NCBI GenBank assembly: GCA_009103225.1
Contig: RHPI01001412.1
Span: 49,600-113,599 of the forward strand
DNA from: Chlorokybus atmophyticus
Lineage: Eukaryota > Plantae > Mesostigma and Chlorokybus algae
Reading direction: 5' to 3'
DNA: 64,000 bases
Shown: positions 54,880-64,000 of the stretch, piece by piece
Layout: the number at the start of each line of letters is the position of its first letter
How positions within the stretch are numbered: position 1 is the first letter of the stretch
Made by a program: the position numbers and the translations under genes
Notes under the pieces: model-generated
Databases searched by the model: none
Seen by the model: only the letters and a program-made list of their open reading frames with translations
What the model was told of the DNA's origin: nothing

Positions 54880-54977
54880 AGTCTCGCCTACGCCAGTCGG
54901 GCGTGAAAACATTCAAAATCCTGTGGGGGGGTTTGTTACAATTGTAATAAACCCTTTGGGCCTATCATATCAGTACA

Positions 54978-57900
54978 ATGAGTACTAATAGCAACAGCGG
55001 GGATTCCATCAATGACGATCCCAACCGACAAGAAATTAAGGAGGATACCGACAGTATGCACAGTGTTGCAGTTGCTACTACCGGTATTCCTGCCCCGAGA
55101 GCAGCACCTATCGTGCCTAAATCGGCACAAAGAAAGTTTCCGATGCCAACATTAATGACCTCCTCGGGGAAATCCCATGAAGATGTTGGTCGGTGGATTT
55201 TACACTTCAACCGTTTAGCGCGGTTATATCAATGGTCTGAGGATGAGAAGTTTGTTTTAGCGAACACATACTTGCGCGATGGCGCACAAGAATGGTTCGA
55301 CCATTCAGATTGTGATACTTGGGGACAATTTGAGAAAGCATTACGCGTGCGTGTTGACACTGATGATCCCAACGTGTGGACGACGAAATTAAACAGTCGT
55401 AAATAAGAAGTTGGTGAATCAGTGCAAACATGCGCAGATGGCGTTCAAGTCCTCATAGACAAACTCGGGGGGAAAACCTTCCCCGCAGCGTGGCGCAAGG
55501 TACGCTTTATTCAAAGACTTCTCCCTCACTTACATGAAAAGGTGACTGCACGCATACCCAAAACCTTTGAGGATGCATTACGGGATGCGATATACTTTGA
55601 GTCCGTGGCCTCGGTTGAACAGCAAGCAAAGGCCAAAGATAAAGACAAGGTTAATGCCGTAGAAGCACGTGATCGAGCGTACAATGCACCCTAACCCTTG
55701 AGAAAAAGGTTGATAACCTACTTAGAAGCTTGAGCAATTAGTGAACTCTCACACCCAAATGGTGAAGCAAACTAAGTACTCCGAGTATAAAAGCGTTGAC
55801 ATATCAAAGTCAAGCTACAATGGTGCTAAGAAAAACTCCAACAGAAGCAACCTGCATTGCACATATTATGACAAACCGGGTCACACTGCAGGAGGATGCT
55901 TCATCAAAGAGAGGGATGATTTGCGCACGCAAGTGCACAACAGTTCCTCACAGCGGCAAGTGCAGACAATAAGTTTGCAAGACTTGGTCACTGAGGACAA
56001 TGCCTTTGCAATGACAAGTTCTACCTCAAGTGGGAAGGTCTTTGTACCTCCTAAGGCCGAGGTGAGAGCAAGTGTGTCACAAGTTGACTTTACAGATTTA
56101 CCGAATGTACAAGTACCTAAAGGTGCTAAGTACAAGTGGATTCGAACAGTTGGACAATATGACAGCTGAAATCTCAATCAAGCAATTGTTCGAGGTTAGC
56201 CCTGAGTATTATCAACAATTGCTCGATTACTTGCATGGGTTGGCCAATGAAACTGATCGTATCAAAACCACAGAGTTTCCCAGCCCTATTGCCATGGCAG
56301 TGCGCTACAAAATTACAATAGCAATGGTTCACGTTTGTGTCAGTGGCCCGAGTTGGAGTTGAAGTTGGAAGCTGTCGTAAATTCTGGTGCGGCATGCACG
56401 GTAATGGGCATTGCAACTGCTCGCAAGCTTGGGCTTGACAAAACAATGCAAGCCACAACGCGCATTATGCGCATAGCCAACGGACAGGAATGTTGCTTCC
56501 TCGGCACGTTACCACAGCATAACATCACAATTGGCAATGTGACACGAGCAATGGACATAGAAATAAGTCCATCACTGGACTACAGTCTGTTGATTGGTAC
56601 CAACTGGCTGCATAAAGCCGGTGCGAAGTTGGATTATTCAACCCAACAAATGACATTTGCATGTAAGCCACATGGCAGGAGTGTTGAAGTAGACTTATAC
56701 TTCATGTATGAGCCTGCATTGACTTGTTTGGTGGCTGCAACTTTGCGCGAACAACGCGCACATACCGTTTGTGATATCGCAAACACACAATTTAAAGTGT
56801 TGGATACATTGACATCTGATGAACAACAACAGTTGATGGTACTGTTGGAATTCAACACAGACAACTTTGCAAAAAAGTGGGAACTTCTCTCTCACACACC
56901 TTTGGTCAAGCATGCCATTGACACAGGGGATGCAAAGCCTATCAAACAGAGACCTTACCGTTTGTCGTTGATAGAACGCAAGCAGGTCAACGAGGAAGTT
57001 GAGAAAATGCTCAATGCAAACATCATTTGCCCTTCCAATAGTCCGTGGGCTTTACCAGTGGTGATGGTGCCAAAGCCGGATGGAAGTATACGCTTCTGTA
57101 TTAACTATCGCAAGCTAAACGCTGTGTCAAAGAAAGACGCGTACCCACTTCCGCGCTGCGATTATGTGTTGGAAAAAGTGGGCAATGCCAAGTTCTTTTC
57201 AAGCTTGGACGCTTTGCAAGGACATTGGCAAGTACTTGTCAAAGAAAATAACAAAGAAAAGATAGCATTTGCCACACATAATGGCTTGTATGAGTGGAAT
57301 TGTATGCCATTTGGGTTAACCAATGCCCCGGCAACATTTTAATGCTTGACGAATGAAGTGCTCAAGGACTACATCGGTGACTTTGTCACTGTGTACTTGA
57401 ATGATATACTCATCTTCTCAAACACTTTATAAAGAGCATCTTGACATTTGAAACAAGGTGTTTGCTGTATTGCGAAAGGCAGTCATCAAGTTGAATGCAC
57501 AAAAGTGCTTATTTGCAATGACAGAAGTTAAGCATTTAGGCCACCATGTGTCTGTGGCAGGCACACTACCCCAACTTGAAAAGGTTGAAGCTATGCGCAA
57601 TTGGTCCGCACCTAAGAGTGTGACACAAGTCAGGTCTTTTCTCGGATTGGCCTCATATTACAGATGGTTCATTCCCAACTTTGCACAAATTGCGCAACTA
57701 TTGCATGACCTCACCAAAAAGGGGTTAGAGTTTAAGTGGGGGCCGGGACAACAGCAAGCATTTAATGCGCTCAAGCTAAGCCTCACCACAGCGCCTGTGT
57801 TTATTAGACCTAACCCAAGCAAACCATTTTGCTTGATGACTGATGCCTCAGACTTTGCACTTGGTGCGGTACTAGCACAGTACACAGATGATGGCAAAGA

Positions 57901-59774
57901 ACGAGTCATTGCGTATGCGAGCAGATTGCTCAACTCCGCAGAAAAACTACAGTGTCTCTGAAAAGGAGTGCTTGGCCATCGTGTGGGGTGTCTCAATGTG
58001 GAGAGTGTACTTACATGGCAACAAGTTTATTGTACTCATAGACCATCACTCTCTGAAGTGGTTAATGACCACAAAGGAATTCACAGGTCGGCTTGCCCGA
58101 TGGGCTTTAAAATTGCAGCAATATGACTTTGACATTCAGTACCGTCCTGGTGAAAAGAATGGCAATGTGGATGCACTAAGCCGCATGCTTGTCTCAGACC
58201 CAAAAATACCGCCACTGATGCCAGTGACAATGGTACTCATCGTGGGGGCAGTTGAAGCTCAAGTGAGCTTCGGTCTCACAAGGGAGGAGCTCACTGATAG
58301 CTCAGACTCATACTTTCATCTGAGTGATGAAGTTAAGAAATGTTTTGCAACTCCAAGTGAGATAGCTTCAAAAGAAGCTCTGACACCCGAGGGAGAGTCA
58401 TCTCCACCTCACAAGAAATTGCGGTACTCGTATTGCTACATACGCAATCAGCATGAGACTAGAAATTGCCCATACAAGTCCACCATCAAGTTCAAAAATG
58501 TGCTTGATGATGCACAAGTGATTGATTACCTCACAAGGGGGAAGGATGCATTAACTGAAAAGCCCCGAGGTATTAGAAGAAAGGTGATCAGCAGAGACAA
58601 ACGCTATTTTGTAAATGAGCAAGGTTTGTGGCTGAAGTTAACCTCTACAGATGAGAAGGACATATTGATCCCTCCACATGAGACCCGTGCTAAGTTCATT
58701 GCGGATGCGCATGATAACTTAGGCCATCGTTCCGCCACAGTGGTGTGCAAATGGCTGAGAAAGCGATGCTTTTGGTACAAAATGGAGGAGGCAGTCAAAA
58801 AGTATGTAAAAACATGCACAGAATGCCAAGCTAACGCTTTCAAAGTGCGTGAATCTGCACCACTCAAGCCAATCAAAGTGAGTGCAGTAGCATTTGAGAG
58901 AGTAAGCACTGACCTCATAGGGCCGATTGAGCCACCAACCCTCCGTGGCAACACATACGTGATCACTGCCATTGATCACCTAACCAAGTGGGCTGAGGCT
59001 CGAGCCTTGCCAAACAAAGAGGCAAGAAGTGTCTATCCCTTCATCATGGAGGACATTATAGGCCGACATGGCCTTCTTAAAATCTTGCAAAGTGATCAGG
59101 GAAAGGAGTTTATGCAACAGCAGTTGCTCAACGAGTTGGACAGAATGCAGATTGCACATTGTAAAACTGCTTCATACCACCCACAAACCAATGGGTGACT
59201 TGAGAGATTCAATCAAACCATCAAATCTGCAATTGCCAAGTACGCACAGACGTACACAGACAGGTGGGATGATATATTGCCTGCAATGTTTAGATATTGC
59301 GCGATGCGCCAGCGCAGCACGACATTCTCCCCTTTTCGCATGATGTACAATCGTGAACCACAACTCCCTATCGACAGTGCAATTGATGGAAACAATTTTC
59401 AAGTCATGGACTTGGAAGATTTGGACGGAGAATGGTTTATTAAACATGGACAGGCATTGTAAAAGTTACATGAACATGCGGCAAAAATTATTGCTAAAGC
59501 TCAGGCAAAGCAATCTGCTGAATTCTTATCTCGCAAAACTCCCATTAACCCTCGCAATGCGTCTTGGTTGAAAAGGAAGCAACGTGTGAAGTTACGCATG
59601 CCCCCGCGCACAAATAAAAGCACCGCAAAATGGCTCGTGAATTACGAGATCAAACGCATTTGCAACCAAGAAAGAAATCAAGTGGAAGTCAGGCATTTTG
59701 ACACCGGCACCTACAGAACGGTGCATGTCAACAGGCTTGCCCCTTATTTTGTGAGGGGTGAGGAAATTAATTAA
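54978..59774 (+). pseudogene. Disrupted gag-pol of the gypsy element
   Basis: Gag (WILHFNRLA...LRDGAQEWF); decayed knuckle CTYYDKPGHTAGGC; protease VVNSG (D>N); RT PYRLS, KKDAYPLP, MPFGLTNAPATF*, YLNDILIFS; RNase H TDASDFALGAVLAQ; integrase HDNLGH...CTEC, DLIGP, SDQG, NG*LER. No chromodomain seen. Confidence 0.93.
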
Positions 59775-60419
59775 TTTCCTTGATTTACCCCAAAAGGGGT
59801 ATTATGGTCCTTATGGGCCCTCAACTTAGGCGTGGAGCAGCCGGGTTGAAGTAACGCGCTCAACTTTGGCCCAAATCGGGTCCTGTGGTGAGTTTTTCAG
59901 TTGTTGGTCACCACAAACCAACAATTAAACTGCCAGGGCGGCGACTTTATGGCCGGCCAATCAGAACGCGGCGCCGCCCGCGTGGCAGGCCACGCCGCCC
60001 GCGGCCGACTGACGCGCTGTCAGTCAACAACATGGGTCAACGCGGCCGCAAACCGCTGACCAACGTGCCCTTAACTGGGTTGGGACGCAATTTTATGGCC
60101 GAATTGGCTAAGTATCTAACTGTGACCGCGGTATTTGCGTCACAGTCAATGAATCTGTGAGTTTCGCCTCTGGCATATAGATAGGCGCCAGCGTCCTCAC
60201 CGCCAGGGAAATGACTGTGCGGTGACTTTGACGTAGTCGTTCTACTTGTTGGAGCCGAGGTAAGCTCTGAAATTTGGTGTGTATCTGCCATGGCTCATCC
60301 ACAATGCATGCCAAGTGTTGCATTCAAGTTTCATGATGTAAACACGAAGCATTTCATGCATTTGTGGCCATAGGTACATTGTGCACATCTAACACGCGCG
60401 TGTGTATGCATAGGTCACA

Positions 60420-61844
60420 ATGCCTCGTGCACGCTTCTTCCTGGACGTGCGTGAGTACCCAAGTGACCTTCCCAACAACTTGTGGGACAAGATACCACGC
60501 CATTACCCGTCCGGGCATCGCGTGCGCGGCGAAGCCAACACGGTCTCCCGCGTGAACCATATGAACAAGTGGCGGAAAGCATGCGGCCTCTACAAGCTTC
60601 ACCCCGGCGGCATGGTTCCCGAACGCGCCGACGAGCCCGAGTACCCGAAGGTGCCTCACCCGCCACCCTTCGTGTACAAAGGAGGCGATAAAGGGAAGAA
60701 GGTAGCGGCGAGCCCTACCTCCACCCCGCCTCGACGTAAGCTGATGACACCCCTCGTGCTTCTATGGAGGTACGACCTTATGATAGACGAGCACCTAGGG
60801 GCAAACGTAGCAAATGCACGCGCAAGCGCAAGCGCGAGCCCCTATTCGTGTTCGCACGCTTACGTCCACGTGTGTCCTTTCACGATCGTCACCTCATAGG
60901 AAGACACTTATGCACATGTGTTTATGTCAAGGTGGTGGACAACACCACGGACGAAGACACCACATCCAAGGCCAAAGGGAAGGCTAAAGAGTTCTCCGGG
61001 GACGAGGTAGACTATGGACTCGCCGACTCGGCGCCCTCGTCGCCACCACCCGAATCGGCTAAAGAGGAAGAAGAAATGGTGGACATCATTACCGTGGACT
61101 CCCCTCTAGACTCGCAACATGAAGCCACCACTTCTAAGGTGTGTGCTTGAGAGTATGAGTGTCTTAGGCGTGCAGATGCACCGTGTTTTTCATTTCTCTG
61201 CAAGTGCAGTCCACATGAACAACTTGTACGCATTATGTGTGCTGTGTGGTTTATCTTATGAGCAAAAACTTGGCAGTAATGTTGCACATACTGTGCAATA
61301 TTTATGTGTCAACTTTCATGCTTTTTGGCCAAGCAATGCAAAAGTTGGCAATGCCATTGCGCGTGTATGACCTGTTTATCTAAGGCCAGGCAGTCCTTTC
61401 ATGCTGCATTTTGCCTAATTCTTGCTATGTTTGATAAATTTGACGAGTTATTAACATGCGATGCTGTTTCGGTAAGCCGCCGCGGCTCCCTCTTCGCCGC
61501 CGCCGCCGCCGCCAATAACTGCTGTCACTGCTGATGAAGTAACGGTAGTGCTGTCAGCACTGGCAAAAATGCATACAGTCGTACGCACGCCGCCGAGGAA
61601 GCGGCGCGCTGCCGACCGGACTGACAAGCCGGCGACGCAGCGGTCTGTCAAGCCAATTGCTTCCATCACCGCCATTACCACTGACAAGCTTGACAAGCAT
61701 GCAACCGCATTTAATGATGTTTGTGACCAGCTTGCAGACGCGCCACTGCTGCGCAGTAGGCGTCACGTGAGTGGTGAGCCTGTACCGGTTTCACGCCGCG
61801 AACCGGAAGTATCAAACCCGAGAGCAATTCTTAACTCAACTTGA
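60420..61844 (+). CDS. Tentative extra spliced gene inside the retrotransposon, between pol and the 3' LTR
   Basis: Three coding-like blocks: 60420 MPRARFFLDVREYPSDLP...; 60932-61138 ag|VVDNTTDEDTT...ATTSK|gt; ~61479-61844 ...VVLSALAKMH...AILNST*. Splice phases are not fully reconciled. Confidence 0.45.
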
Positions 61845-62122
61845 GCTGTTCCTGACCCTGGACCTCAAGCCGGGCCTTCGTCAAGTACTACCCCGTTTGG
61901 AGGAGGCATGTCCGCGGTTAGGGTATTGTTTCAGTCAAATTATCTTGTCATTATACCAGGGATACCGCCACACCAAGTAGCTGGAAAGCAGTTGGTTGGC
62001 GACCAAAAAGATTGGGTTCTGAAGTGGCATCCGGCTACCAACCCTTGTGGTGTGGAGCTTACTTTGACGCCTCGCGGTCACTTTTGACCGTACACTTGTA
62101 ACCGCTCACGTGAGCTTGGTTT

Positions 62123-62134
62123 AATAGGGGAGGA
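62123..62134 (+). promoter_or_regulatory. Polypurine tract
   Basis: aataggggagga, ending 11 nt before the 3' LTR. Confidence 0.6.
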
Positions 62135-62145
62135 CTTCCTACAGC

Positions 62146-62966
62146 TGTAAGTGCCTAACTAGTGAACTAACCGAGTTAATGGCCCCACACTGTAGATATC
62201 TGACCTACTGCCCATGTAGGTCCCTCAAAGCCTCCATATCAAGCCGCGCCCCACTGGAAGCGTTTGAGACTTACCCCCTAGGGCTAGGCGCCGGGTCTGA
62301 CCCCCCAGCACACCAGTAAACGGGGAAGAATATGGACCTTTTTCCTTATTTGCTCCTTCATGCATTAATGAATTTACTTTTATAACCATGTTTCCTAGTT
62401 ATCCTTATTTCTTTCATGCATTAGACAGCCATTTAGCCTTTTAAGATCAGTGATAGGCATAGTATAAAAGGCAGTCTCATTCCCATTTCATTTGGTGCTT
62501 CGAGCAGTTGCTCAAGTTGCACCCCTGCTAATGCAAGTCCTTTGTGACAAGTGTTTTGCTTGTATATTTGCATGCGCGTGTGAGTGACACTATGCATGTT
62601 GTTGTGCTCATTTTGCATATTTTTATGCATATATTTGAGCTGTTTATCAACGTGGGGATGTAGGTTGGACGGTCCATATCTTCTGGACTTTGATCCAACG
62701 GCCCCATTCTTGTCTGCACCGCTCAGCCTATCACAAGGCTGAATTTGGTAATGCGCGCGAGTTCCGCGCGTTTGTTGGTCATCGACCGGACTTGACCGGT
62801 CGCAACCAGCGTCCTTTGATCATTTGATCATTTGAGCTTCATCAACGCTTATTTAGGTAAGTGTTTGAGGGATTCTTACCCTCTATTCTCTTAGCTCTTA
62901 TCCTTACTACCATACCCTAGAGGGTGGGTCCACAGGGTTTCTGTGGACGGCCCCTCGCTTCCTACA
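62146..62966 (+). repeat. 3' LTR
   Basis: tgtaagtgcctaactag...cgcttcctaca (TG...CA), followed by the TSD aact. Confidence 0.95.
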
Positions 62967-63901
62967 AACTCAAACCCAAAGCAGCATACTCCACCCCGCG
63001 TAGGCAAACTAACATACCAGTTGCTAATTGCCGATTGAAGCATAGTTGACTAACGAGCGTTATCAGTAGCGACGGAAGCAAACGCATGTTGCGCATATCA
63101 ACGTTGAGTGCCTGCTTGGTAGTGTGGGCGGTGTCGACAAGGAAAGGATGGCGGCGGCGGTGGCGGGCAAGAAGGCGTAGTGTCTGCTGTTGATTGGAGT
63201 TACAATACTTGATTGCACAATTTATGACTGCGTGCTGCTTGATCCTCGACGGTGGACATCTCCTAACACGGTAAGGTTTGGTCTGGTGTGGTCTGCTATG
63301 CAGCCGGCTTGCAGCTTGTGTTTGCTGTGGTTTTGGCGTGTATACTTGCATTGCAATCATTATTACTTGACCTCTGCATGACAACAAGCGTGTGTTTTGC
63401 AGCTTACTTCAAGAACGTCATTGGGGCTGTGCTCCTGTAAAGCCCTGGCATGTTTGTATGGCGTTTCGTCATGCTGTGGCCAATGCTAAGCACATGGGCA
63501 GTGACTGCTTGGAGAGTGAATACGTTTGTGTGCGCTTGCTTGCTTTGTTCAGGTAAGTGGTATGTGTCTCTGCTCACGTCGCCATGCATGCACAGAACAG
63601 ATCGGACACAGTTTTTGCATGATTAAGCCTGCACTTTTCACTTTATGTGCACAAGTGCGTTTCCGCAAGCTAACATTGCATGACAGTTTTGCAGATAGCG
63701 TTGCACAACTGTCATAGCAGCGGGCGTAGTGTGATGCAAGTTTGGTCCAAGTCATGTTAGCAATGTGTTCAGCAGCTGTTAGACTCAGCTAGGCATTGAG
63801 CCGCGAGCACTTTAGTCAAGAAGTGCACGCTTTTTGGGAAGGACTGGAGTCGCAGTTGGACGCTACATGCATGCATGAAAGCACACTTCTGTTGCATTAA
63901 A

Positions 63902-63965
63902 AGTAAATTTGCAAGGCGCCCAGGTATCCTGCTAGCAGGATACCTGGGCGCCTTGCAAATTTACT
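63902..63965. repeat. Perfect 64-bp palindrome
   Basis: agtaaatttgcaaggcgcccaggtatcctgct|agcaggatacctgggcgccttgcaaatttact. Confidence 0.95.
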
Positions 63966-64000
63966 CACTCCTGTTGTTGTGCTTGTGTGGTGTAGCAGAC

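Larger units (their letters stand above)
54057..62966 (+). mobile_element. Full-length, decayed Ty3/gypsy LTR retrotransposon
   Basis: Two ~810-820 bp LTRs; 4-bp TSD AACT at 54053-54056 and 62967-62970; domain order gag-PR-RT-RH-INT; multiple stops and frameshifts. Confidence 0.95.

Noticed and set aside
60420-61844. env or chromodomain interpretation of the gypsy 3' region
   Set aside because: No signal peptide, transmembrane helix or chromodomain aromatic pattern is visible.
63148-63890. Possible gene start after the 3' LTR (atggcggcggcg..., exon-like pieces)
   Set aside because: The ATG frame stops after ten codons and I could not join the downstream pieces into a consistent frame.

Overview
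Intron-rich nuclear DNA of a green alga. The plastid transit peptides, VTC2 and EPSPS place it in Viridiplantae; a streptophyte alga is inferred, not shown, from a land-plant-type VTC2 uORF. It is a gapped short-read-style assembly with N runs and long SSRs at joins. Host genes: 3' part of a polyQ/coiled-coil gene, DUF4149/TMEM205-like, GDP-L-galactose phosphorylase (VTC2), EPSP synthase, a plastid protein of unknown function, a BNR/Asp-box sialidase-like protein divergent from CMP-Kdo synthetase (KdsB), an RbcX-like plastid protein and ketopantoate reductase. Mobile or accessory DNA: (i) ~13.3-22.4 kb, a spliced DDE transposase gene (DUF6729-like) with eight tandem ~20-codon mini-exons, facing a small gene that carries a piggyBac-type Cys-rich finger; (ii) ~22.6-30.9 kb, duplicated decayed genes and an orphan ORF; (iii) 54057-62966, a full-length decayed Ty3/gypsy element with a 4-bp TSD and an extra coding-like segment after pol. 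Best findings: a spliced, ACG-initiated conserved uORF upstream of VTC2, the two-gene transposon with its mini-exon array, the gypsy accessory gene and the KdsB/sialidase-like pair. All exon models and family calls were made by eye; no searches were run.
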